The position numbers and the translations under genes are program-made. From Candidatus Eiseniibacteriota bacterium (GTDB taxonomy: Bacteria; Eisenbacteria; RBG-16-71-46; SZUA-252), in NCBI GenBank assembly GCA_963703225.1, contig OY969801.1, positions 928,001 to 992,000 of the forward strand: 64,000 bases of DNA. The letters run 5' to 3'. Numbering within the stretch: the stretch's first letter is position 1; the number at the start of each line of letters is the position of its first letter. Of this stretch, positions 13,570 through 25,610 are shown piece by piece. The notes beneath the pieces are model-generated. The model did not search any database and was not told the origin of the DNA. It saw nothing but the letters and a program-made list of their open reading frames with translations.

Positions 13570-14548
13570 CTACTCCTGTAGCACCTTCGCGAATTCCTCC
13601 GTCAGCGCCGGTACCACCTGATAGAGATCCCCGACGATTCCAAAGGACGCGATCTTGAAGATCGGAGCGTCCTTGTCCTTGTTGATCGCGACGATCGTCT
13701 TGGACGAGGACATGCCGGCCATGTGCTGGATGGCGCCCGAGATGCCGATCGCGAAGTAGACGGATGGGTTCACGACCTTTCCGGTCTGGCCCACCTGGTG
13801 GCTGTGGTCGATCCAGCCCGCGTCGACGGCCGCGCGGGACGCGCCGAGCGTGGCGCCCGAGCACCTTGCAGAGCTTCCTCAGCAGCTCGAAGTTCTCGGG
13901 GCCTTGCATGGCGCGCCCGCCGCTCACGATGATGTTCGCCTCGGTGAGGTCGACCATTTCGCCCTCGGACTTCTCGAACCCAACGACGCGCGCCCGGGTC
14001 TTCACATCGCCCACCGCGATCCGCTCGACCGCGGCCTTCCGGGACGCATCGGGCTCCACGGGAGTGAAGGTGTTCGGGCGCACCGACGCCACCTGGGGAC
14101 GCGCCGCGCTCCACGCGACCCGCGCGAACGCCTTGCCCGCGAAGATCGGTCGGCGCGCGATCAGCGCGCCGTCCTTCCACTCGAACCCGACGCAGTCCGA
14201 CGCGAGCCCCACGCGAAGCCGCGCCGAGACGCGCGGCGCCAGATCCTTGCCGTGGGCCGTCGCGCCCACGAGCAGCACATCGGGCTTGGCCTTCTCGACG
14301 GCCAGCCGCACGCCCTCGGCCCAGGCTTCGGGGGCGTAGACGGCGAGCGACGCCCCCTCCGCCACGTAGACGGTGTCCGCGCCGTGCCGCGCCAACCGGT
14401 CGGCCTCGCCTTCGGCCAGTCCGCCGAGGACAATCGCGCCCACCGTTTGGCCGCCCTGTGCCTGGGCGAGGCGCCGGGCTTCGGCCAGCATCTCGAGGGA
14501 GATTTTCCGGACCGACCCGTCCTTCGTCTCCGCGACGATCGCGATCAT
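13570..14548 (-). CDS. etfA: Electron transfer flavoprotein alpha subunit; frameshift near 13856
   Basis: [13 protein letters not shown], then [28 protein letters not shown] in the shifted frame. Confidence 0.93.
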
Positions 14549-15336
14549 CAGAGGACCTTCGCTTCCACGTGGAGGAGTCGCACCAGCTCGCGGGCGGTGT
14601 CTTTGGGATCACCCTCGAGAATTTTCCCCGCCGATCGGGGCGGGGGGAGCGCGGCGTCGAGAATCCGGATCGAGGCGGCGTCCGGGCCGACCGACGAGGG
14701 GTCCAGTCCCAGATCCGAGAGCGACCATTCGGGAATCACCTTCTTCTTCACCGCCATGATTCCCTTGAGCGACGCGTAGCGGGGCTCATTGAGCCCCTTC
14801 TGCGCGGTGATCACGGCCGGAATCTCGAACTCAACCTCCTCCAGCCCACCTTCCACCTCCCGCTTGGCCTTCCCGCTCTTTGCCGCCGCGTCCAGGGCGA
14901 GCGAGACGACGACCGAGACGTGGGGGAGGTCCAAGAGCTCCGCCAGGAGCACCCCCACCTGCGACCAGTCCTGATCCACGCCCTGCTTTCCGGTGAGGAT
15001 CAGGTCGTAGCCGGACTTTCGGGCCGCGGCGGCCAGCACGGTCGCGACCGCGAGCGGATCGCCGAGCGCGACGCCGTCCCCCTTGAGCCAGACGCCCTCG
15101 TCGGCGCCGAGGGAGAGCCCGTACTTGACCGCCTCCTTCACCCGATCGGGTCCGAGGCTCAGGACGGTGACCTTTCCCGCGGCGAGACGCTCGCGGATTC
15201 GGAGCGCTTCCTCGATCGCGAACTCGTCGTATGGGTTCACGACCCACTTGACGCTCGAGACGTCGACGGCGCCGTCCTTGATCTGGATGCGCGTCTCGGT
15301 GTCGGGCACCTGCTTCACGAACACGAGGACGTTCAT
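14548..15336 (-). CDS. etfB: Electron transfer flavoprotein beta subunit
   Basis: KQVPD, NPYDEFAIEEA, GKQGVD, NEPRYASL. Confidence 0.95.
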   Translation of the reverse strand: MNVLVFVKQVPDTETRIQIKDGAVDVSSVKWVVNPYDEFAIEEALRIRERLAAGKVTVLSLGPDRVKEAVKYGLSLGADEGVWLKGDGVALGDPLAVATVLAAAARKSGYDLILTGKQGVDQDWSQVGVLLAELLDLPHVSVVVSLALDAAAKSGKAKREVEGGLEEVEFEIPAVITAQKGLNEPRYASLKGIMAVKKKVIPEWSLSDLGLDPSSVGPDAASIRILDAALPPPRSAGKILEGDPKDTARELVRLLHVEAKVL

Positions 15337-15416
15337 GCGGCCATCTCTCCGGGGAAGGGGCGACGATGAGCGCGGGAGTATAGTACGATGGTGAGTCCTA
15401 TGGAAGATTCGAGCCC

Positions 15417-17301
15417 ATGAAGCACCCCTTCTCGACGCGACTCGAGCGGGGCGTCGTGCTGGCCGACGGCGCCATGGGGACCTACCTCTACGAGCGGGGA
15501 ATTCCGTTCGACCGCTCGTTCGATCTCCTCAACCTGACGGACGCAGCCTTGGTGCAGGCCGTGCACCGGGAGTACATCCGCGCCGGGGCCGAGCTGATCG
15601 AGACGAATACCTTCGGAGCCAATCGCTACCGTCTCGCCGCGCACGGCGCCACGGAGCGCGCGCGGGTGGTGAATCGCGCGGGCGCCCAGCTCGCCCGAAA
15701 CGCTCGCGAGGAGGTGGGAGAGGCGGTGTTCGTCGCGGGGGCGATGGGGCCGCTCGGGAAGCCGGTCGCGCCGCTCGGGACGATCGCGCGCGAAGAAGCA
15801 TTCGACGCCTACAAGGAACAGGTGGAAGGGCTCGTCGAAGGGGGTGTCGATCTCCTGATCATCGAGACCCAGACCGATCTCGCCGAGGCGGCGATCGCGA
15901 TCGAAGCCGCCCGGAGCGTGACCGATCACCATCCGCTCGTTCTCCAGATGACCTTCACCGAAGACGGCCGCACGCTCTACGGCGCCTACCCGGAGGACGT
16001 GGCCCGGGCCGTCGACGGCAAGCTGGTGGACGTGCTCGGGGCCAACTGCAGCGTCGGGCCGCAGAAGCTTCTCGAGATGGTCGAGCGACTGAGCCGCCGG
16101 ACCAAGCTCCCGATCTCGGTCATGCCGAACGCCGGTCTTCCGCGATTCGTGAACGGGCGCTTCGTCTATCTCTCGTCGCCCGAGTATCTGGCCGAATACG
16201 CGGGCCGGTTCGCCGCCGCGGGCGCGCGCCTGATCGGCGGCTGCTGCGGAACGACCCCGGTCCATACGCGAAAGATGCGGGAAGCGCTCCGGGCGATGGC
16301 CAAGGGAGGCATCGTCGAGGCCCCGCCCGACGGCGCCGCGCCGCCCTCGATCACGACCGTTCCCTACGAGGAGGCCGCCCCCGCCACCGATCCCGCCAAC
16401 CGGACGCGGCTCTCGCGCAAGCTCGCCGACAAGACCTTCGTGGTGAGCGTGGAGGTCGATCCGCCGCGCGGCGCGCGCCCGAAGAAGATGATCGAGGGCG
16501 CCCAATTCCTGAAAAACGCCGGCGTCGACGTGATCAACGTGGCCGACAGCCCGATGGCCCGCGTCCGCATGTCCTCGATCGCGCTCGCCTCCATGATCAC
16601 GAACCAGGTCGGGATCGAGACGATCCTCCACTTCACCTGCCGCGACCGGAACCTCATGGGGATCCAGTCCGACCTGATGGGCGCCCACGCGCTCGGGATC
16701 CGGAACATCCTGGCGCTCACGGGCGATCCGCCGCGGGCGGGGGACTACCCGAACGCGACGGCGGTGTTCGACGTCGATTCGGTCGGGCTGATCCGGGTCC
16801 TGAAGCAGCTGAACGCCGGGACCGACCTGGGCGGCAACTCGATCGGGGAGCCGACCGCGTTTCTGATCGGCTGCGCGGTGAATCCGACCGCCGAGAATTT
16901 CGACGAGGAGATGGAGCGCTTCGCGCGAAAGATGGAGGCCGGCGCCGAGTTCGCGATGACGCAGCCGCTCTACGAGCTGGACACGCTCGTCCGATTCCTG
17001 AATCGGCTCGGATCCAATCGCATCCCAGTTCTTCTAGGGCTTCTTCCCGCTGCAGAGCCACCGACACGCCGAATTCCTCCACAACGAGGTCCCGGGGATC
17101 AACATTCCGGACGACGCCCGCGCCGCCATGCGCGAGGCCGGGGAGAAGGGGATCGAGGTCGGGGTGGAAATGTGCAGGAAGCTCCTCCTCCAGGCCCGGG
17201 ACCAGGTGGAAGGGGCGTATCTGATGCCCTCCTTCGGGCGTTACGAGGTGGTCGCCCGGGTGGCCGAGGCGGTACTCACCGGAGCCCGGCAATCCTCTTG
17301 A
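15417..17301 (+). CDS. yitJ: Bifunctional homocysteine S-methyltransferase / methylenetetrahydrofolate reductase; frameshift near 17048
   Basis: DGAMGT, ETNTFGAN, GANCSVGP, GGCCGTTP, then VEVDPP, CRDRN, TGDP; restored tail AEFLHNEVPG...YLMPSFGRY ends TGA 17299-17301. Confidence 0.88.
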
Positions 17302-17326
17302 AGCACAAGCACTTCGGTGATAGCAT
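17298..17326 (+). promoter_or_regulatory. sigma70-type promoter for tRNA-Leu/tig
   Basis: TTGAAG-17 bp-TAGCAT with TGn extension, about 20 nt upstream of the tRNA. Confidence 0.65.
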
Positions 17327-17345
17327 CGATTGCCGGAACGCCTAC

Positions 17346-17430
17346 GCGAGAGTGGCGGAACTGGCAGACGCGCGGGACTTAGGATCCCGTGAGGAAACTC
17401 GTGGGGGTTCAACTCCCCCCTCTCGCACCA
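17346..17430 (+). tRNA. tRNA-Leu (anticodon TAG)
   Basis: Acceptor GCGAGAG/CTCTCGC+ACCA; anticodon arm CGGGA-CTTAGGA-TCCCG; long variable arm; T-loop TTCAACT; usual position before tig. Confidence 0.95.
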
Positions 17431-17443
17431 ATATTCGAGGAGA

Positions 17444-18722
17444 ATGACTCCGTTGAAGGTGGATGTCCGCGACAGCGAAGACGCTGCCTGGCAGAAGGTT
17501 CTGGCGATCGAGGTGCCGGCCGAGGAACTGGCCGAGGACTACGCCGCGATCCTCGAGGACTACCAGAAGAAGGCCGTCCTACCTGGATTTCGGAAGGGCC
17601 GGGTGCCCCGGAACGTCCTGGAGCTTCAATTCGGACATTCGCTGGAGCACGAGGTCCTCGAGCGGGCCGTGAAGCGGTCCTACGAACGGGCCTTGCGAGA
17701 GCAAGGGCTGGAGCCGGTCTCCTATCCGGCCATCGAGAAGATCCGCTTCGACAAGGGCAAGCCTCTCAGCTACGAGGCGAAGGTGGACATCAGGCCAACC
17801 GTAACCCCAAGGGATTACTTCGGTTTAGACATCAGGTCGGACGAGCCGGTGGTGGGAGAGGACGCGGTCGAGAAGGCGATCGAGGAGCTTCGACAGCGAA
17901 CGGCGGAATGGATTCCCGTGGAGCGGGAGACCGCCCCTGGGGACGCCGTGGTGGTCGACTACGTGCGCCTGAACGCCAAGGGGAAGCCGATCCACCGCTC
18001 GCACCAGAAGGACGCCCTGGTGGAGCTGGATGCCCAGGGGCTTTTGCCGGAGTTTCGGGAGCACCTGGTCGGGAAAAAGACTGGGGACCACGTTGATTTC
18101 AACGTGACCTACCCGGCGGAGTTTGGAAACGAGGAGCTGAGAGGAAAGACGGTCACGTTCTCGCTCGACGTCAAGGGCGTCCGGGAGAAGCGGGTGCGCC
18201 CTCTGGACGACGCGTTTGCCTCGGAAGTCGTGGGGATGCGCGATCTCGCCGAGCTGAAGGCCAGAATTCGGCTGAATCTCGAGGGGGAAGCGCGCCTCAA
18301 AGCACTCCGGGATCAGGAGGAGGCGATCGTCGATCAGATTATCGCCAAGAATCCTTTCCACCTGCCGGAGAGCATGGTGCATGAGTATCTGGAAGAGCTC
18401 CTCCAGCGTCTAAAGGGTGAGGGTCGGGCCTGGACGCCCGAGGAAGAGGAGCGCTTTCGGTCGGAATATCGGCCCGCTGGCCGAGCGGCGCATCAAGCGC
18501 GATCTCCTGATGGACGCGATCATCCGCACCGAGGGTGTGTCGGTGACCGACGACGAGATCGACCAGACGCTCCGGGGCTCGGCGGAAGACGGGGCGCCGC
18601 CTCAGGAGACGGAGCGGCTGCTCCGAAACCCGGCCCAGAGGGACCGCGCCCGGGCGCATTTGACGGAACGGAAGCTTTTCGCGCTGCTTCGGGAGAAAGC
18701 GCGGCTTAAGATGGCGGTCTGA
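17444..18722 (+). CDS. tig: Trigger factor; frameshift near 18476
   Basis: [13 protein letters not shown]-like middle domain; followed by clpP-clpX-lon. Confidence 0.93.
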
Positions 18723-18756
18723 TGACCCGATGTTCGTCGGTAAGGAGGGAGCAAGC

Positions 18757-19381
18757 ATGTCGCTGGTACCCATCGTCGTGGAGCAGAGCGGGCGCGGGGA
18801 GCGCGCCTACGACATCTTCTCGCGCCTGCTCAAGGACCGGATCATCTTCATCGGGACGCCGATCGACGACATCGTCGCCAACCTGATCATCGCCCAGCTG
18901 CTCTTCCTCGAGGCGCGAGGATCCGGACCGGGACATCAACCTCTACATCAACTCGCCCGGGCGGCGTCGTCTCGGCCGGGCTCGCGATCTACGACACGAT
19001 GCAGTTCATCAAGCCCGACGTGGCGACGATCTGCATGGGGCAGGCGGCCAGCATGGCGGCGCTGCTGCTCGCGGCCGGGGCGCCAGGGCAAGCGCTCGGC
19101 GCTGCCGAACTCGCGGATCATGATCCACCAGCCGCTGGGCGGGAGCCAGGGCCAGGCGACCGACATCGAGATCTACACGAAGGAGATCCTGACGCTGCGC
19201 GACCGAGCTGAACGAGATCCTGCCCAAGCACACGGACCAGCCGCTCGAGAAGATCGAGCAGGACACCGACCGCAACTTCTTCATGTCGGCCGAGGAGGCC
19301 AAGACGTACGGGATCGTGGACAAGGTGATCTCGAAGCTCGATACGCTGAAGATCAAGCCCGAGCCGGTTCCGGTCGGCTAG
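18757..19381 (+). CDS. clpP: ClpP protease subunit; several frameshifts
   Basis: [43 protein letters not shown]; strong SD AAGGAGG. Confidence 0.95.
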
Positions 19382-19397
19382 GAGCCGATACCCCGAC

Positions 19398-20660
<1,263 letters not shown>

Positions 20661-20663
20661 CTC

Positions 20664-23077
20664 ATGACCAAAGTCGAACGCGACGGCGAGGTGTTCGAGA
20701 TCCGGGAGCGGCTGCCGCTGCTGCCGCTCCGGGACGTCGTCATCTTCCCGTACATGACCATCCCGCTTCTGGTGGGCCGCGTCGCCGTCGGTGAACGCGA
20801 TCGAGGCGCGCGGTCGCAGCGGGACCGGATGCTGTTCGTGCTCGCGCAGCGCCGGCCCGAGGTCACCGATCCGGCGCTCCAAGGATCTCTACCGCGTGGG
20901 CACGGTGGTCCGCGTGCTCCAGCTCTTCCGGCTTCCGGACGGCACCATGCGGGTGCTGGTCGAGGGGATCTGCCGCGGCCGCGCCAAGAAGTTCTTCGCC
21001 GGGCGGCGACTCGATGTCCGCCTCCGTCACGGTCCTGAAGGACGAAGTCCAGGCGGAGCCCGAGCTCGAGGCGCTGATGCGGAACGTCCTCGCCTCGTTC
21101 AACGACTACGTGCACCTGAACCGCCGCATCCCGGACGAGGTCCTGCTCGACCGCCAACAACATCGCCGAACCCGGTCCTCGCTCTCCTACACGATCGCCT
21201 CCCACCTGATTCTCAAGGTGCGGCGTGAAGCAGGAGATCTTGGAGCAGGACGACCTGGTCGAGCGCTTCAAGCTGCTTGAGCCGGACCATGGCGAGCGAG
21301 CTGGAGATCCTGAAGCTCGAGCGCAAGATCGAGGGCCAGGTTCGGAGCCAGGTCCACAAGAACCAGAAGGAGTTCTATCTCAACGAGCAGCTCAAGGCGA
21401 TCCGCAAGGAGCTGGGCTACCAGAACGAGTTCTCCAACGAGATCGAGGAGCTGGTCCAGCAGGTCAAGCGCGCAAGATGCCCAAGGATGTGAACGACAAG
21501 GCGCTGAAGGAGCTGGACAAGCTCCCGAAGATGTCCTTCATGTCGCCCGAGGCGACGGTCGTGCGCAACTACGTCGACTGGCTCGTCTCGCTGCCCTGGA
21601 GCGTGATGACCGAGGACAACCCGGACATCAAGGCGGTGGAGCGGATCCTCGACGAGGACCACTACGGCTTGAAGAAGGTGAAGGAGCGGATCGTCGAGTA
21701 CCTGGCGGTGCTCAAGCTCTCGGGCGGGCTCAAGGGCCCGATCCTCTGCTTCGTCGGCCCGCCGGGCGTGGGCAAGACCTCGCTCGGCAAGTCGATCGCC
21801 CGCGCGCATGGGGCGGAAGTTCGTCCGGATGTCGCTCGGCGGCGTCCGCGACGAGGCGGAGATCCGCGGCCATCGGCGCACCTACATCGGCTCGCTGCCG
21901 GGCCGGATCATCCAGGGAATGAAGCGGGCCGGCTCGCGCAATCCCGTGTTCCTGCTCGACGAGATCGACAAGCTGGGGATGGATTTCCGCGGCGACCCCG
22001 CGTCGGCGCTGCTCGAGGTGCTCGACCCGGAGCAGAACCACACGTTCCAGGACCACTACCTCGAGGTCGACTTCGATCTCTCGCAGGTCATGTTCATCAC
22101 CACGAGCAACACGCTCTACTCGATTCCGCCGGCGCTGGTCGACCGGATGGAGATCATCCGGCTGCCGGGCTATCTCGAGTTCGAGAAGGTCGAGATCGCG
22201 AAGAAGTTCCTGCTGCCCAAGGAGTCGCAAGGCCCACGGGCTGGAGCCCACGGATCTCAAGATCGGCGACAAGGCGCTCCGGGCGATCATCAACCAGTAC
22301 ACGCGCGAGGCCGGCGTGCGCAGCCTCGAGCGCGAGATCGCCGCGATCTGCCGCAAGGTCGCGCGGAAGAAGGCCACCAACGCCAAGGCCCGGACCTTCC
22401 ACGTCACCGAGGCCAAGCTTCCGACCCTGCTCGGCGTGCCGAAGTACATGGAGAGCCAGATCGAGCGGCGCTCCCGCGTGGGCGTGGCAACGGGCTTGGC
22501 CTGGACCGATGCGGGCGGCGACGTGCTCAACGTGGAGGTGAGCGTGGTGCCCGGCTCGGGCGCGCTCTCCCTCACCGGCAAGCTCGGCGAGACGATGCGG
22601 GAGTCGGGCCAGGCGGCGCTCTCCTACACGCGCTCCCGCGCCGTAGCGCTCGGCCTCGACAAGAAGTTCTACAAGGACATCGACGTCCACGTGCACCTGC
22701 CGGAGGGCGCCATCCCCAAGGACGGCCCCTCGGCCGGCATCACGATGGCCACCGCGCTGGTTTCGGCCCTCACCGGGGTTCCGACCCGCGACGACGTGGC
22801 CATGACCGGCGAGATCACGCTCCTCGGCAATGTGCTCCCGATCGGCGGATTGAACGAGAAGGTGGTCGCGGCCATGCGCGCCGGCGTCAAGGAAGTCATC
22901 ATCCCCAAGCTGAACGAGAAGGACTTGAAAGAGTTGCCCGATTTCGTGAGGCAGGGCGTCACGTTCCGGCTCGTCGAGACGATGGACGACGTTCTGGAGA
23001 TCGCGCTCAACCCCGGCGAATCCCGGCAGAGCGTCCAGAGCGGCGCGGACGAGAAGCATCTCCCGCTGGCCCACTAG
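20664..23077 (+). CDS. lon: Lon protease; multiple frameshifts in the 5' two-thirds
   Basis: [51 protein letters not shown]. Confidence 0.95.
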
Positions 23078-23117
23078 TCACCTCCCCCAGGAAGAGCGCG
23101 GCACGAAGGAGCATCGA

Positions 23118-24278
23118 GTGAAGCGCGTCCTTTTCACCCCGGGCCCCACGCAGCTTCCCTCCGAGGTCTTGGAGGCGATGGCGCGGCCGATCATCCACCA
23201 CCGCACAGACGAGTACCGCGCGCAGTTCCTCGAAATGACCCGCCTCTTGGCGGAGCACCTGGGGACGTCCCAGCCGGTCATCACCCTCGCCTGCTCCGGT
23301 ACGGGCGCGATGGAGGCTGCTGTCGCCAACGTTCTCTCGCCCGGCGAGGAGGCGGTCATCGTGGAGGGTGGGAAGTTCGGATTCCGGTGGGCCACGATCT
23401 GTGAGGCCTACGGGGTCGTTCCGCGCCTCGTGAGCGTCCCGTGGGGGCGCGTCGCGAAGGTGGGTGCCGTCGAGGCGGCGCTCGACGCTCACCCGAAGGC
23501 CAAGGTCTTGTTCCTCACCCACAGCGAGACCTCGACGGGGGCGCTTTTTCCGGTCCACGAGATCGCCCGGGCAGCCCGCGCGCGCGACGTCGCGACGATC
23601 GTCGACGCGATCACGAGCTTCGGCGTCTACGATCTCGGGTTCGACCGGTCCGACATCGACGGTATCGTCTGGGGCGCGCAAAAGGGGATGATGATCCCGC
23701 CTGGACTCGCGAATCTCTGTCTCTCCCCGCGGGGATGGGAGCGGGTCGAGCGAGCACGCCTTCCGAGGTTCTACTTCGATCTCCGGAAAGCGCGCGCGGA
23801 TCTGGAGAAGGGAGACACGCCGTTCACGCCGGCGATCACCCTCGTCCTCGCGGCCCGCGCGGCGGCGACGATCATGGCGAACGAGGGCAGGGAGCAGGTC
23901 TTTGCCCGCCACCAGCGAAACGCCGACGCCACGCGGAACGCGGCGATAGCGCTCGGACTAAAGCTCTTCGCGGAGGTGCCTTCGAACGCGTTGACGGCCG
24001 TGGTCGCCCCCGCCGGCCTGGACGCCGGCGCGGTGGTGAAGACGATGGAGCAGCGCTACGGCGTCAAGATCGCCGGAGGGCAGAATCAGCTCAAGGGCAA
24101 GATCTTCCGGCTCGGGCACATCGGCTACTACGACCAGGGGGACATCCTCCGTCTGGTCGGGGCCTTCGAATCGGCCCTGATCGACCACGGGCACGCGGTC
24201 GAGCCCGGGACCGCGGTCCGTGCGGCCTCCGAGTCGTTTCGTCGCGGCTCCGCGGACGCGCCGGCTCAAGTCCGGTGA
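23118..24278 (+). CDS. Class V PLP aminotransferase (alanine-glyoxylate/serine-pyruvate family), probably acting as phosphoserine aminotransferase
   Basis: TPGPT, SGTGAME, HSETSTG, VDAITS, GAQKG, FRLGHIG; adjacent to a serA-like gene. Confidence 0.88.
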   Translation: MKRVLFTPGPTQLPSEVLEAMARPIIHHRTDEYRAQFLEMTRLLAEHLGTSQPVITLACSGTGAMEAAVANVLSPGEEAVIVEGGKFGFRWATICEAYGVVPRLVSVPWGRVAKVGAVEAALDAHPKAKVLFLTHSETSTGALFPVHEIARAARARDVATIVDAITSFGVYDLGFDRSDIDGIVWGAQKGMMIPPGLANLCLSPRGWERVERARLPRFYFDLRKARADLEKGDTPFTPAITLVLAARAAATIMANEGREQVFARHQRNADATRNAAIALGLKLFAEVPSNALTAVVAPAGLDAGAVVKTMEQRYGVKIAGGQNQLKGKIFRLGHIGYYDQGDILRLVGAFESALIDHGHAVEPGTAVRAASESFRRGSADAPAQVR

Positions 24279-24323
24279 GCTTAGGGGCGGCCTCGTAGAG
24301 CGCCGGCCGGCCCGGACCGCAAC

Positions 24324-25259
24324 ATGACCCGCACCCTCCTCGTCAGCGACCCGCTCACGCCACGCGCGATCGAGATGCTGAAGGCTGCTCCCGGTATCAC
24401 GGTGATCGAGCGTCTCGGTCTTGGCGAATCGGATCTCCTGCCGCTGGTCGCCGGGATCGACGGTTGGATCGTCCGCGGAGCCACCAAGGTCACCCGCCGC
24501 CTCATCCAGGCCGCGCCCAAGCTCCGCTGGATCGGCCGCGCGGGCGCGGGGCTCGACAACATCGACGTCGCGACCGCGAAGGCTCGAGGCATCGAGGTCT
24601 TGAACGTCCCTGGGGCCAACGCGGTCGCGGTGGCCGAGCTGGTCCTTGGGTTGCTCCTATCGCTGATTCGCCACCTGCCGGCTGCCGACGCCTCCGTCCG
24701 CCGCGGCGAATGGGACAAGTCGCGGTTCATGGGCCGGGAGCTTCGAGGGATGACGCTCGGGATTGTCGGGCTGGGGAAGATCGGGTCGGCGGTGGCGCGC
24801 CGCGCCCTCGGATTCGAGATGATCTGCGTCGGACACGACCCGCTGGTTTCGGACGTGGCCGCGCGGGCCCTGGGGGTCGAGCCCCTCACGATGGACACGC
24901 TCCTCTCCCGCGCCGACATCCTCACGCTCCATGTTCCGATCACGGCCGAGACAAGGGGAATGATCGGTGCCGCCCAGATCGGCCGAATGCCTCGGGGCGC
25001 CATACTCGTCAACGCGGCACGGGGCGGCCTGGTGGACGAGGCCGCGCTCCTGGCCGCCCTCGAGACCGGCGCGCTTTCCGGGGCGGCGCTCGACGTCTTT
25101 GCCCACGAGCCTCCCAAGGAGTCCCTCCTCCTCAGCCATCCGCGCGTGGTGATGACCCCCCATATCGGGGCGGCGACCGTGGAGGCCCAGGAGGCGGTGG
25201 GGGAGGAGATCGTGAAGGCTATTTTGGTCCGTATGGCGGCCGCCCCGGCGGCGCCTTGA
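24324..25259 (+). CDS. D-2-hydroxyacid dehydrogenase, phosphoglycerate dehydrogenase-like, no ACT domain
   Basis: RAGAGLDNID, GLGKIG, NAARGGLVDE, ALDVF, TPHIGA. Confidence 0.88.
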   Translation: MTRTLLVSDPLTPRAIEMLKAAPGITVIERLGLGESDLLPLVAGIDGWIVRGATKVTRRLIQAAPKLRWIGRAGAGLDNIDVATAKARGIEVLNVPGANAVAVAELVLGLLLSLIRHLPAADASVRRGEWDKSRFMGRELRGMTLGIVGLGKIGSAVARRALGFEMICVGHDPLVSDVAARALGVEPLTMDTLLSRADILTLHVPITAETRGMIGAAQIGRMPRGAILVNAARGGLVDEAALLAALETGALSGAALDVFAHEPPKESLLLSHPRVVMTPHIGAATVEAQEAVGEEIVKAILVRMAAAPAAP

Positions 25260-25285
25260 ATGCCACCGGCGGGCCGGATTTTTTA

Positions 25286-25314
25286 TTGACAGGTTTTCGA
25301 GTCGGCGCGAGCAT
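25286..25314 (+). promoter_or_regulatory. sigma70-type promoter of a candidate small RNA
   Basis: Perfect TTGACA, 17 bp, GAGCAT (3/6 match); T-rich tract upstream. Confidence 0.55.
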
Positions 25315-25320
25315 TGTCGG

Positions 25321-25488
25321 ATCGCGGAAAGGAGGTGGTCCATTGCATAAATGTGGCAGACGGATCAGCGGAGGTGGCTGTAGCTAGCGCTACACGCTGC
25401 GCGCATTAGCCTGGTGTGGCCTGGCTAATTCCAACAGCCCACCGGAGAAATCGGGGAGAGGAGCCGTCAGCCTCTCCCCTCTCTTTTT
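25321..25488 (+). ncRNA. Candidate structured small RNA (or 14-codon sORF transcript) with extended complementarity to the 16S rRNA 3' end
   Basis: Between its own promoter and terminator; GAAAGGAGGTGGTCCA at 25327-25342, second GGAGGTGG at 25370-25377; hairpins at 25379-25394 and 25405-25429. Confidence 0.55.
25453..25488 (+). terminator. Intrinsic terminator
   Basis: GGGGAGAGG-9 nt loop-CCTCTCCCC followed by a T-rich tail. Confidence 0.8.
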
Positions 25489-25507
25489 CGGCGCCATATC
25501 GCCTCCC

Positions 25508-25537
25508 TTGACGGGGCCGGTGGGGCTTTGGTACCTT
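25508..25537 (+). promoter_or_regulatory. Putative purA promoter
   Basis: TTGACG-18 bp-TACCTT with TGn extension, downstream of the terminator. Confidence 0.5.
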
Positions 25538-25610
25538 AGCTCGGCTTAGCTGGTACCGCGAACCGCGAGGCCGCTCCGCTCGCGGTCTTTTGTTTGGGGG
25601 GAATAGCGTC

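Noticed and set aside
15337..15416. SAM riboswitch before yitJ
   Set aside because: Only 80 nt shared with divergent etfB; contains -10-like boxes but no riboswitch consensus
17346..17443. Integrative element at tRNA-Leu
   Set aside because: tig follows after 13 nt; no integrase and no duplicated tRNA 3' end noticed
25321..25345. Antisense fragment of a 16S rRNA gene
   Set aside because: Complementarity stops after 16 nt; flanks do not resemble rRNA
25490..25610. Purine or ZTP riboswitch upstream of purA
   Set aside because: No recognisable consensus; purA appears to have its own promoter after the terminator
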